DNA of 45,525 bases from a virus. Its lineage: Duplodnaviria > Caudoviricetes. The notes under the pieces were generated by a model, which did not search any database, was not told where the DNA came from, and saw only the letters and a program-made list of their open reading frames with translations. Both the position numbers and the translations under genes were made by a program. Below, in pieces: positions 1 to 8,483 of this stretch. The stretch spans positions 1 through 45,525 of IMG/VR virus record IMGVR_UViG_3300033168_000203. The stretch is one strand, 5' to 3'. Numbering within the stretch: the first letter of the stretch is position 1; the number at the start of each line of letters is the position of its first letter.

Positions 1-40
1 TTAATCAGCGGGTTCGGGGTTCAAGTCCCTGACGGCGCAC
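1..40 (+). mobile_element. att core: 3' half of a tRNA-Lys (prophage attachment junction)
   Basis: TTAATCAGCGGGTTCGGGGTTCAAGTCCCTGACGGCGCAC reads as the 3' side of an anticodon loop, a T-arm (CGGGG-TTCAAGT-CCCTG) and an acceptor strand. It resembles actinobacterial tRNA-Lys(CTT) as I recall it. The 5' half is outside the window. Confidence 0.85.
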
Positions 41-324
41 TCTCCCCCATTCGGCCCTGCCGGGTGGGGGCTTTCACCTGTCAACAGGAAGTGCATGTCG
101 ATACTGGTGACGTCGCAGATCGCCTGGAGTTCGTTGAGGTCGATGGGTGTCTGCCCGGTGGTACGCCGCGACACCGCGGCTTGGGTCATGCCGATCTTGC
201 GGGCCACTTCTGAGGCACTGATTCGGTGTTCTGCGAGTTTCCCCCGCAGGCGCCGCGCCACCGCCGCGTTCAGCGTCTCACCGCGCTGCCCGTCGATCAC
301 CGTTAATGCTGCTGAGGTAGTCAT
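1..324 (-). CDS. Immunity repressor (XRE HTH), probably the prophage (truncated) form
   Basis: HTH 'ISASEVARKIGMTQAAVSRRTTG'; divergent from Cro; C-terminus 'RDLNPEPAD*' is the antisense of the tRNA fragment. ATG at 324 lies 7 nt after a TATCCT -10 (leaderless). Confidence 0.9.
   Translation of the reverse strand: MTTSAALTVIDGQRGETLNAAVARRLRGKLAEHRISASEVARKIGMTQAAVSRRTTGQTPIDLNELQAICDVTSIDMHFLLTGESPHPAGPNGGECAVRDLNPEPAD
44..74 (+). terminator. Hairpin terminator downstream of the reconstituted tRNA
   Basis: CCCCCATTCGG-CCCTG-CCGGGTGGGGG followed by CTTT. Confidence 0.6.
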
Positions 325-331
325 ATGCACA

Positions 332-485
332 AGGATACACGCACAGCGGGTAATTACCTAGTCAGACGAACACTGCTCACTGTCCGTCGACGTGTTCGTC
401 ACCAAGCGCGTGAATCACATGCTTGTCATCTACACACTGAGCGTGTAGCGTAACGACCATGAGCGCAACCGCCACTCAGCGAGTA
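332..485. promoter_or_regulatory. Divergent rep/cro promoters with three 17-bp operators
   Basis: Rightward TTGTCA(423-428)-N17-TAGCGT(446-451) before ATG 459; leftward -10 TATCCT (332-337). Near-palindromes TACACGCACAGCGGGTA (336-352), TACACACTGAGCGTGTA (431-447), CCGCCACTCAGCGAGTA (469-485). Confidence 0.75.
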
Positions 486-680
486 GCCGGGATTGTGCGC
501 ACCGAGCTAGCCGATCATGGCATCACCCAAGCCGAAGTTGCCGCCGCACTTGGCGTCAGCCAGCAAGCGGTTTCTCGACGACTACGCGGCCAGGTGTCCT
601 TCAACGTCACCGAGCTGCACGTCGTCGCTTCCCTGATCGGTGTCGAGGCTGCCTCGTTGCTCAATCCCATCGCCGCCTGA
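459..680 (+). CDS. Cro-like HTH protein
   Basis: HTH 'ITQAEVAAALGVSQQAVSRRLRG'; divergent from repressor. Confidence 0.9.
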   Translation: MSATATQRVAGIVRTELADHGITQAEVAAALGVSQQAVSRRLRGQVSFNVTELHVVASLIGVEAASLLNPIAA

Positions 681-753
681 GACAAGAAACGCCCCGCCGG
701 GTGCAACCAGCGGGGCAACGCAACAACCACCCACGATCCGAGAGGTATCCCAG

Positions 754-1344
754 ATGTCGTTGCAAGATCAGAATACCACCACCACCCCTTCGTCAATCGC
801 AGTCGACCTCTTTGCCCTAAAGATCCTGGGCACCGTTGTCCGCGAGGGCACCGCGGACCGTAAAGCCGTTGCCACGGCGACCATGAAGAAGGGCGACAGC
901 ATCGCCGCCCGCGTCGACGTGGACGGCCTCGACGTGAAGCTGGGGAAGGTCACCATGACCGATCCCAAGCCTGTCGGACGGGTCACCGATCGGGCCGCCC
1001 TGGACGCGTGGCTGACTAAGCACGTTGAGGGCGCGGTGATCGAACGCACTGTGTTCGGCCCCGCCGATGAGGTCGCCGCTGTGCTCAATGATCATGCCCC
1101 CCACCTCCTTTCCTTCGTCGGCGAAGTAGCGGACTGGGCACGTTCGGCGGCGGTCACCAAGGCTGAGGCTGCGCACCGGGCTGGCAGTCCACCCCTCGCG
1201 CCGGGGATTGAGGTCATCGTCCCTGACGGCGTGGTGTCGGTGGGCAAAGAAACACCCGAAGCCCGAGACGCTGTGCTCACCCTCATCCGACAAGGTGTCA
1301 TTAACATCAACACGCCCCTCGCCGTCGAGGACGCTGCGAAATGA
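754..1344 (+). CDS. Hypothetical phage protein
   Basis: GAGAGG RBS before ATG 754; ATGA overlap with next gene. Confidence 0.75.
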   Translation: MSLQDQNTTTTPSSIAVDLFALKILGTVVREGTADRKAVATATMKKGDSIAARVDVDGLDVKLGKVTMTDPKPVGRVTDRAALDAWLTKHVEGAVIERTVFGPADEVAAVLNDHAPHLLSFVGEVADWARSAAVTKAEAAHRAGSPPLAPGIEVIVPDGVVSVGKETPEARDAVLTLIRQGVININTPLAVEDAAK

Positions 1345-2333
1345 GCGCCATCAAGTCCCGCAAGCCCACAGGGGCCGTGCCGTGGCCGCTCATCCTCATC
1401 GAAGGCGGCGAGAAGAGTGGGAAGTCCTGGCAACTCGCGGAGTTCTCCGCGTCCGAGAAGATCGGCCAGGCGTACTGGCTAGACCTGTCCGAGGGATCGC
1501 AGGACGAATACGCGGCCATCCCCGGTGCCGACTACCTCGTGGTGGAGCACGACGGCACCTGGGCGGACATCCTCGGCCAAGTCAGCGCAGTGAGCGTCGA
1601 GGCGACGCAAGCGGCGGACAACAGCGAGAAGCCCGTGGTCCTGCTCATCGACTCCATGACCGCAGAGTGGGACACCATCAAGAACTGGGTCGGCGGTAGA
1701 GCCCGGCAGTCCAAGTACGCCAAACGCATCCTGGCGTCCGATCCTGACGCTGAGATCAAGCCGGCGATGAACCTGTGGAACGACGCGAACGATCGTCACC
1801 ACCAGCTCATGCGGTTGCTCATGACGTTCCCCGGCATTGTGGTCATCACGGCCAGGGGTAAGGAAGTCGCAGCCCTGGATGACGGCGGTAAGCCCATACC
1901 CAACACCAAGGACTACCGGGTTGAGGGGCACAAGAACCTGGCGTACGACGCTACCGCGTGGGTCCGACTGTCCCGCGAGGAACCGCCGAAGGTGGTGGGG
2001 GTCCGCTCCGTCCATGCGGGTGTTCGCCCTGGCGTGGACAAGCCGGTTGCGGCCCCGTCGTTCTCCGTGGAGTGGCTGGTGTTCGAGGTGATGAAGTGCG
2101 ACCCCGACACCGCCCTTGTTCGCGATGTGGCCGTGCTGGACTCGTCCGCCGATGCACCCGTTCAGTCCGACGCCGACAAGGCCCGCACGGAGCTGCTGAC
2201 GTGGTGCGCAGAGCAGGACCCGAAGGTTGATGGGCACGATCTCAACGCGCAGCACATCGCCGCGCACGGTCGCGGACTGGGCGACGAGGAAGACCCCGCG
2301 CTGATCCGCGCCTACATGGAGGCGGCGGCATGA
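1341..2333 (+). CDS. AAA/RecA-like ATPase (Sak4-like recombination protein)
   Basis: Walker A 'GGEKSGKS', Walker B 'LLIDS'. Confidence 0.8.
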   Translation: MSAIKSRKPTGAVPWPLILIEGGEKSGKSWQLAEFSASEKIGQAYWLDLSEGSQDEYAAIPGADYLVVEHDGTWADILGQVSAVSVEATQAADNSEKPVVLLIDSMTAEWDTIKNWVGGRARQSKYAKRILASDPDAEIKPAMNLWNDANDRHHQLMRLLMTFPGIVVITARGKEVAALDDGGKPIPNTKDYRVEGHKNLAYDATAWVRLSREEPPKVVGVRSVHAGVRPGVDKPVAAPSFSVEWLVFEVMKCDPDTALVRDVAVLDSSADAPVQSDADKARTELLTWCAEQDPKVDGHDLNAQHIAAHGRGLGDEEDPALIRAYMEAAA

Positions 2334-2689
2334 CCGGGCCGCAGAATACGAACGAAGTTGCCATGCACCTAGCCTCCCTGGGCCGTGACCTCGCTGCCAC
2401 TGTCAAGACGTTGGACGGCGCCGAACGGGAAGCCGTCAACCGCAAAGAGGACTACACACTGGCCAACGCCCGCGCCTTCCTGGCCGCTGAGGGGTCGGTG
2501 GACTTCCGCAAGAACACCGCGCTTGTCCAGACCCACGGGGAACGCCTGGCAGCTGAGACCGCCGACGTGGTGGTGCGGGGCATACGTCGCCAGCTCGACG
2601 CGATCAAGGTGCGCATCGACATCGGCCGCTCTGTGGGCGCCGCGTTGCGCACGGAGATCAACCTCGCCGGGCATCAGGGGGAGTCATGA
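2330..2689 (+). CDS. Hypothetical helical phage protein
   Basis: Coupled by ATGA overlaps on both sides. Confidence 0.75.
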   Translation: MTGPQNTNEVAMHLASLGRDLAATVKTLDGAEREAVNRKEDYTLANARAFLAAEGSVDFRKNTALVQTHGERLAAETADVVVRGIRRQLDAIKVRIDIGRSVGAALRTEINLAGHQGES

Positions 2690-2943
2690 CCCGCGGCCCG
2701 TACCACACAGCCAAGCACGAACTGATCATGGAGGAGTTCGCCTTCCTGCGCCCTTGGGGTCTCACCCGCCAGCAGATCGCCGACAAGCTGGGTGTGGAAC
2801 GTGACTCCCTCGTCCAGCACTTGCGGCGGGCTGCTGTTGCTGGTGACCCGCGTTCGGATTGGGAACCCCGCGTCGATGTGTGCACCGGAACGGATCAGTC
2901 GATACGGAACCAGCGCGAGCGGGCCCGGGGGTGGGTGGCATGA
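2686..2943 (+). CDS. HTH DNA-binding protein
   Basis: 'GLTRQQIADKLGVERDSLVQHLRR'. Confidence 0.7.
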   Translation: MTRGPYHTAKHELIMEEFAFLRPWGLTRQQIADKLGVERDSLVQHLRRAAVAGDPRSDWEPRVDVCTGTDQSIRNQRERARGWVA

Positions 2944-3626
2944 GCACCTCCTACTACTCCGACGAGCACGTCACGTTGTACCACGGTGATTGCCTCACTG
3001 AGAACCGCGAATGGCTGAACGCGGACGTGCTCGTGACCGACCCCCCATACGGGGTGCGCATGACGATGCGCCACGGAGACGCGCGTATCAGACTGAATAG
3101 GGTTCCTCGAACTGCCAATGCTATCGCTGGCGACAAGACCACCGAAGCCCGCGATATGGTCGAGCAGGCTTGGGGTGACCGGCCTGCCGTGATGTTCGGA
3201 TCGTGGCGAGTCGTGCGCCCGTCACGGCTGCGTGCCGTCCTGATCTGGCATAAAGAGGGTGCTTTCTCGGGGCCGTGTAACGCTGCATTTTTTACCAACC
3301 ATGAGGAAATCTATATCCTCGGCGAAGGAGCTTGGCGCAAGTCGGCACCCCCCCTCCGGTCGGTCCTGACGAGCAGTGAGCACAGGTCGCACGCTGCCGC
3401 AGATGTCGGCCACCCAACGCCTAAGCCGCTTGGCATCATGGAAGCGTTGATCGACCGATGCCCGCCCGGTACTGTCGCTGACCCGTTCGCTGGCTCCGGC
3501 TCCACGTTAGTAGCAGCGAAGATGCTCGGCCGTACGGCGATCGGCGTGGAACTAGAGGAACGCTACTGCGAGATCATCGCCAAGCGTCTCGCCCAGGGCG
3601 CTCTGGACTTCGGTGGTGTCGCATGA
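2940..3626 (+). CDS. Orphan N6-adenine/N4-cytosine DNA methyltransferase (beta class)
   Basis: 'DPPY' precedes 'HPTPKP' and 'DPFAGSGSTL'. Confidence 0.92.
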   Translation: MSTSYYSDEHVTLYHGDCLTENREWLNADVLVTDPPYGVRMTMRHGDARIRLNRVPRTANAIAGDKTTEARDMVEQAWGDRPAVMFGSWRVVRPSRLRAVLIWHKEGAFSGPCNAAFFTNHEEIYILGEGAWRKSAPPLRSVLTSSEHRSHAAADVGHPTPKPLGIMEALIDRCPPGTVADPFAGSGSTLVAAKMLGRTAIGVELEERYCEIIAKRLAQGALDFGGVA

Positions 3627-4021
3627 CCATCCGCCGCTCACCGTTGAACCGCACCCGTGAGCACACCACCAAACGGCGAAAGCTGAACCGTGAGGGCGCC
3701 GCGAAGGAAGCCGTGGCCCGCGCCCTGGTGCACATGCGCTCAGATCGAATCTGCGAGGTCTGCGGGAACCAGCAGGCCCACAACGTCCACCACCGCAAGA
3801 ACCGGTCGCAGGGCGGCACCTGGGCGGCCAGCAACCTGATCGACGTGTGCGGCTCCGGCACCACTGGCTGCCACGGTCGGATCACCGAGGACCACGACGG
3901 CACCGCCAACCGCAACGGGTGGACGTGCAAGTCGTTCGAGGATCCCGCCGCCACGCCGTGCCTGACCCGGCACGGCCGCGTGCGCCTGCTCGATGACGGC
4001 GAGATCGGGGCCAGCGAATGA
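3623..4021 (+). CDS. HNH endonuclease
   Basis: 'CEVCG...HHRKNRSQGG...NLIDVCG...CHG'. Confidence 0.8.
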   Translation: MTIRRSPLNRTREHTTKRRKLNREGAAKEAVARALVHMRSDRICEVCGNQQAHNVHHRKNRSQGGTWAASNLIDVCGSGTTGCHGRITEDHDGTANRNGWTCKSFEDPAATPCLTRHGRVRLLDDGEIGASE

Positions 4022-4227
4022 ACGAGCTGCTAGACGAGTCCTACCGACTCTCCGACGATCTCATGGCCCTCTACCGAGAAGCTCACAAGCTGCTCGGCGA
4101 CGACCCGCATTACGTGCCGCCGGAGAACTACGAACGACTGCGCGACATCCTCGCCCAATCTGCGGTGATCGGGAAACGACAGGACGCCCTAGACGAGATG
4201 CGTGCCACTGCGGGGTGGGCGCGGTGA
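4018..4227 (+). CDS. Hypothetical protein
   Basis: Fills the gap with ATGA/GTGA overlaps. Confidence 0.65.
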   Translation: MNELLDESYRLSDDLMALYREAHKLLGDDPHYVPPENYERLRDILAQSAVIGKRQDALDEMRATAGWAR

Positions 4228-5231
4228 GCCTCCGCAGCATGACGTGGGCGCTCGAACACGCGCCGGTCACAGACCCGACGCAGGTGATAATCCTGATCGC
4301 ATTGGCCGACCGCGCAGCCGATGATGGCACCGGGGCGTGGCCGTCAGCGAACTGGATCGCCGACCGGGCTCGGTGCTCGACGCGAACAGTCCGGCGGCAC
4401 CTGGTGAGCATGGAGAACGCAGGGGCGATTCGTCGCGGAGACCAGCGTTCTGTTGCTCATCTGCGCATCGACAGACGTCCCGTTGTGTGGGACTTGGCGA
4501 TGGAAGTGCGCGCCGAGCATCAAGCTGTCGAGGACGTTTTACCTCTCGCGAATGACGCCGTTTCACGGGGTGACAAATTGTCAGGCCGCAGCACGAAGGA
4601 TCAAGAACCTGCAGGTCAGCAGGGTGACAAATTGTCAGGCCGCGCGGGGTGTCAGATTGTCCGGGGTGACACTGGGTGTACGAGCGGGGTGACAACTGTG
4701 TCCTACAAACCATCCCTTGAACCGTCCTTGTTAGTTAGACGCGCACGCGAGCCGGAGCAGGTCACCGCAAACCACTTCGACCACTGGTGGTCGGCATACC
4801 CCCGCAAGGCAGGCAAGGGCAGCGCCCGAACCGCCTACGCCAAGGCGTCCAAGATCGTCGGGCACTCGCTGCTGCTCGAAGCCGCAGTGCGATACCGCGC
4901 CGACCCGAACCGGCAGGACGCCTACACGGCGATGCCGACCACCTGGCTCAACCAAGAACGCTGGGACGATGACCCGATCCCCGGTAAGGACACGCCCAAA
5001 CCCTCGGGGCCAACACCAGATGCTGCTCGTGACTGGCTCAAGGCGCAGTGGACCGCTGGCACCGTCAAGGCCATCGAGGAACGCACAAAGCTCAGCTACA
5101 ACGTCCCGGACCTGCCTGACGCGATCACGACCGGGGAGCAGGCGCGAGAGTTCCACCTCAAACACCGCCGTGACTGGATCACCGAACACGCAGAGCAGAT
5201 CATCGCCACCATCGCGAAGGCAGTGGCTTGA
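4224..5231 (+). CDS. Replication initiator (RepA / lambda O-like, N-terminal winged HTH)
   Basis: 'LIALADRA..G..AWPS...IADRARCSTRTVRRHL'; C-terminal 'FDHWWSAYPRKAGK..A..AY...TWLNQERWDD'; directly upstream of DnaB. Confidence 0.85.
   Translation: MSLRSMTWALEHAPVTDPTQVIILIALADRAADDGTGAWPSANWIADRARCSTRTVRRHLVSMENAGAIRRGDQRSVAHLRIDRRPVVWDLAMEVRAEHQAVEDVLPLANDAVSRGDKLSGRSTKDQEPAGQQGDKLSGRAGCQIVRGDTGCTSGVTTVSYKPSLEPSLLVRRAREPEQVTANHFDHWWSAYPRKAGKGSARTAYAKASKIVGHSLLLEAAVRYRADPNRQDAYTAMPTTWLNQERWDDDPIPGKDTPKPSGPTPDAARDWLKAQWTAGTVKAIEERTKLSYNVPDLPDAITTGEQAREFHLKHRRDWITEHAEQIIATIAKAVA
4567..4703. repeat. Iteron cluster / probable phage origin inside the initiator gene
   Basis: GGGTGACAAATTGTCAGGCCGC twice (4568, 4622) plus GGGGTGTCAGATTGTC, GGGGTGACAC, GGGGTGACAAC. 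Confidence 0.75.
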
Positions 5232-6496
5232 GCGCCGCCGAGCAGTACCTTCACTCTGCGGCCGACGAGTTCACCTTGGCCTGCCTGCTCACTGCCCCGT
5301 CTGGGCGCCTGTTCCTGGCCGACGCACTCGAACGGGTCGCACCGGAGGACTTCTACGACCCGCACTACGGCGAACTGTGGCGGGCTGGGCGGATCATCAC
5401 GACGCGTGGTGATCGGATCTCCACCCGCGCTCTGCTGGCCGAGAAGGACACCCCGGCGGCACGGTCCCGCCTGGACGCCACAGGCGGACACCCAGTGCAG
5501 GCCGCCAAAGTTCCTGATGCCATCGCTGGCGTGTTGGAAAACGCTGGGCTGCGGCGGCTGGTGCAGGCCGGTGACCGCATTCAGCACGCGGCCACCACGG
5601 CGGCCGGGTACTCCGAGGCGTACGAGATGGCCGCACGCGAGATCGCGAGCCTTGACGGTGCCCGATCGGCGCCGGAGGTCATGTCCTGGGATCAGGTGTC
5701 CGATCAGTGGTGGGATTCCTACGGCACCGAGGACGACGGCGCACTTGTGCCGACCCCGTGGCAGACCGTCAACGACATGCTCGGCGGCGGGATGCGCTCA
5801 GGCCGCTCCTACGTCGTTGCGGGGCGTCCTGGGGCGGGTAAGTCCATCCTCGGGTTGAACGTGGCCGCGTCGGCCGCTGAGTCGGGTCACCCGGCGTTGC
5901 TGTTCTCAGTGGAGATGGGTTGGCGGGAGATCGCCGGCCGGGTCATGGCCGCGGGGGCGCGGAGCGAGTATTCCGAGTTCGTCAGAGAATCTCTGTCCAG
6001 CGACACCGACTTGCGAGCCAGGGAGTACTACAACTCGACCCGTGGCATGCCCCTGTCGCTGGTGGACAAGCCGAACGTCACCGTGGAGTACATCGCGGCC
6101 ACCGCCCGCACCCACAAGCGAACCAAGGGGCTATCGGTGCTGGTGGTGGACTATCTGCAACTGCTCGAAGCCTCCGACCGCTCGCGTACCCGTGAGCAGC
6201 AAGTGGCGCATCTGTCGCGGTCGCTGAAGCTGCTGTCCCGCGAGTTGGAGTGCGTGGTCGTTGTCGCCTGCCAACTGAACCGTGGCAGTGCGCGGGAGAA
6301 CCGCAAACCGACCTTGGCCGAGCTGCGCGAGTCGGGGGCCATCGAGCAGGACGCCGACGTGGTGCTGCTGCTGCATCACGAACTGGTCGATGACAAGCCG
6401 ACAGGGTTGGTGGACGTCATCGTCGCTAAGAATCGCACGGGCCGCACCGGCACCTTGACCCTGCCGTGGCGTGGGCATCAGGCGCGCATCGGCTAG
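5228..6496 (+). CDS. dnaB: DnaB-like replicative helicase
   Basis: 'AGRPGAGKS', 'FSVEM', 'VVDYLQLL', 'CQLNR', 'LRESGAIEQDAD', 'AKNRTG'. Confidence 0.96.
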   Translation: MSAAEQYLHSAADEFTLACLLTAPSGRLFLADALERVAPEDFYDPHYGELWRAGRIITTRGDRISTRALLAEKDTPAARSRLDATGGHPVQAAKVPDAIAGVLENAGLRRLVQAGDRIQHAATTAAGYSEAYEMAAREIASLDGARSAPEVMSWDQVSDQWWDSYGTEDDGALVPTPWQTVNDMLGGGMRSGRSYVVAGRPGAGKSILGLNVAASAAESGHPALLFSVEMGWREIAGRVMAAGARSEYSEFVRESLSSDTDLRAREYYNSTRGMPLSLVDKPNVTVEYIAATARTHKRTKGLSVLVVDYLQLLEASDRSRTREQQVAHLSRSLKLLSRELECVVVVACQLNRGSARENRKPTLAELRESGAIEQDADVVLLLHHELVDDKPTGLVDVIVAKNRTGRTGTLTLPWRGHQARIG

Positions 6497-6523
6497 TCGC
6501 AGACGACACGCGGTAGTCATCTA

Positions 6524-6576
6524 TTGCGTGACTATCCGTTCAGCGCGTAGAGTCTCTACCAGCGGGTGCAACCGCT
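6524..6576 (+). promoter_or_regulatory. Second early promoter with operator and GTGCAA stem-loop
   Basis: TTGCGT(6524)-N18-TAGAGT(6548); operator-like TATCCGTTCAGCGCGTA (6533-6549); hairpin AGCGG-GTGCAA-CCGCT (6561-6576). Confidence 0.65.
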
Positions 6577-6613
6577 ACCCCGGAGCACCACAACCCCCGA
6601 GAGGACACACACC

Positions 6614-7843
6614 GTGACCACTTCCCCCCGCCTCGTGTACACCCCGAGCCCCGCCTCGACGTTGGATTTGGACGCCCTGCACCTGGAGCACGGCTCGCAC
6701 CGAGACCCCGAAGCGGGTGTGTGTTTGCTTGAGGCTGTGGCACTGTTCGCCAGGGAGCAGCACACCGACCACCCGAAGTGTGTGTCCCCGCTGCTCGCCA
6801 ACGTCGGTATCCGCCTCAACGACCGAGCCACCGACACCCAACGCCAAGACCTGAAACGGTTCATCCCGCTCGTCGTGGGCACCGCCGGGGACGGCCAAGA
6901 CGACGCCCGCCGTTGGCTGGCCGTCGACCGCTCCGTCCGGTACTTGCTCCCGAAGTACCTCGACAAGCTCGACCGGCACGAGCAGGCCGCAACACTGCGG
7001 GCGCTGCCCCCGATCACTGACGCCGACACGTACCGCCCGCACGCCAAGCGGTTGCGCACCGTGGCCGACGAAATGTACGAGCTGCGGCGGAACCGCTACG
7101 AGACGATCCGGGCCGCGGTACGGGAGGCGCTGAAGGACCAGGCTGCCGCTGCCGTTGTCGATGCCGCTGCCGATGCCGATGCCGTTGTCGCTGCCGATGC
7201 CGCTGCCGATGCCGTTGTCGCTGCCGATGCCGATGTCGATGCTGTTGTCGCTGCCGTTGTCGCTGCCGTTGTCGATGTCGATGCTGTTGTCGCTGCCGAT
7301 GCCGTTGTCGATGCCGTTGTCGCTGCCGTTGTCGCTGTCGCTGCCGCTGTCGCTGTCGCTGCCGATGCCGTTGTCGCTGCCGATGCCGATGCCGCTGCCG
7401 TTGTCGCTGCCGTTGTCGCTGCCGTTGTCGCTGCCGTTGTCGATGTCGATGCCGCTGCCGATGCTGTTGTCGCTGCCGATGCCGATGTCGATGCTGTTGT
7501 CGCTGCCGTTGTCGCTGCCGTTGTCGATGTCGATGCCGCTGCCGATGCTGTTGTCGCTGTCGTTGTCGCTGCCGTTGTCGCTGTCGCTGCCGTTGTCGAT
7601 GCCGTTGTCGCTGCCGTTGTCGTTGTCGATGCTGTTGTCGCTGCCGATGTCGCTGCCGCTGTCGATGCTGTTGTCGCTGCCGATGCCGTTGTCGATGACC
7701 CGTGGAGCACCACCTATGACGCGGTGTGCGCCAAGGTCAAGCCGATCTATCAGGAGAAGTGCGCGGGGCTGATCGCGGAGTCCTGGGACGACGCCGTGGC
7801 GCTGTACGCAGACCTCATCGACCCTGCGAAGGTGTCGGCATGA
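6614..7843 (+). CDS. Phage protein with Cys/His N-terminal domain and a 185-residue Ala/Val/Asp tract
   Basis: GAGAGGA RBS before GTG 6614; 'GSH..PEAGVCLLEAVA......TDHPKCVSP.L......LND'; frame stays open through the repeat. Confidence 0.8.
   Translation: MTTSPRLVYTPSPASTLDLDALHLEHGSHRDPEAGVCLLEAVALFAREQHTDHPKCVSPLLANVGIRLNDRATDTQRQDLKRFIPLVVGTAGDGQDDARRWLAVDRSVRYLLPKYLDKLDRHEQAATLRALPPITDADTYRPHAKRLRTVADEMYELRRNRYETIRAAVREALKDQAAAAVVDAAADADAVVAADAAADAVVAADADVDAVVAAVVAAVVDVDAVVAADAVVDAVVAAVVAVAAAVAVAADAVVAADADAAAVVAAVVAAVVAAVVDVDAAADAVVAADADVDAVVAAVVAAVVDVDAAADAVVAVVVAAVVAVAAVVDAVVAAVVVVDAVVAADVAAAVDAVVAADAVVDDPWSTTYDAVCAKVKPIYQEKCAGLIAESWDDAVALYADLIDPAKVSA
7142..7696. repeat. Hexamer-unit coding microsatellite (GCTGCC/GTTGTC/GATGCC/GATGTC/GATGCT/GCTGTC)
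   Basis: 555 bp built only from GCT, GCC, GTT, GTC and GAT codons. Confidence 0.97.
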
Positions 7844-8217
7844 GCACCCTCACCGTGTTGGACTGGCCCGCTTTGTGGGGCACCCCGGACACCCGCTGGT
7901 ACCTGGACCGCACCCCCTGGGGCACCGCGCAGTGCGCCTGGCAGAACGACTGTTCCGACCCCGTTGTCGCCTACGTCGAGTACCGGGTTGTGGTGTTGCC
8001 CGGCGACTCCGATCATCCCGACGACATCGACTTTGACGAGTCGGGACTGTCGTGCGCCGCTCACCTTCCCGCGGTCATCGAGTACGCCACCGGGGAACCG
8101 TTGGTTGCTGGCACGGTGGTGGAGGTTGGGGTGGACCCAGCCTTGCTGCGTTTGACGGGTGTGGACCCGAGCGTGGTGGCCCGGTTCAACGACGGCGCGC
8201 TCGGGGTGCCGGCATGA
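7840..8217 (+). CDS. Hypothetical protein
   Basis: Coupled ATGA start (MSTLTVLDWP). Confidence 0.7.
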   Translation: MSTLTVLDWPALWGTPDTRWYLDRTPWGTAQCAWQNDCSDPVVAYVEYRVVVLPGDSDHPDDIDFDESGLSCAAHLPAVIEYATGEPLVAGTVVEVGVDPALLRLTGVDPSVVARFNDGALGVPA

Positions 8218-8483
8218 GTGACAACCCGTTCACCCTGATTGACGAATTGCCCGCTTCGTCGTACACCGACCGAGTTGACATTTTGTTGCGCCAGTTCGCC
8301 GACGCCTTGCGGGCCAACCCCGGTAAGTGGGGGGAGTGGCCGAAGCCGCAAGCCAGGGGCAGTGCACACTCGACTGGCTTCCAGATTAGGAAAGGTATTC
8401 ACGGATCTTTCCCTGGGGGCGAATTTGACGCCACGGCCCGTCAAGGCAAGTTGTACGTGCGGTACGTCGGCGGTGTCCAATGA
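8214..8483 (+). CDS. Hypothetical protein
   Basis: Coupled start (MSDNPFTL); ends 'KLYVRYVGG'. Confidence 0.7.
   Translation: MSDNPFTLIDELPASSYTDRVDILLRQFADALRANPGKWGEWPKPQARGSAHSTGFQIRKGIHGSFPGGEFDATARQGKLYVRYVGGVQ

Noticed and set aside
1-40. Complete phage-encoded tRNA-Lys
   Set aside because: Only the 3' half is in the window, so it is treated as the att junction.
2940-4021. Methyltransferase plus HNH as a restriction-modification system
   Set aside because: Both are common stand-alone genes in lytic early operons, and nothing indicates a cognate pair.
7096-7772. Alternative-frame Thr/Ala/Ser and Met/Pro/Leu/Ser ORFs, or a DGR variable region
   Set aside because: These frames are open only because the repeat lacks stop codons. 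There is no reverse transcriptase or template/variable repeat pair.
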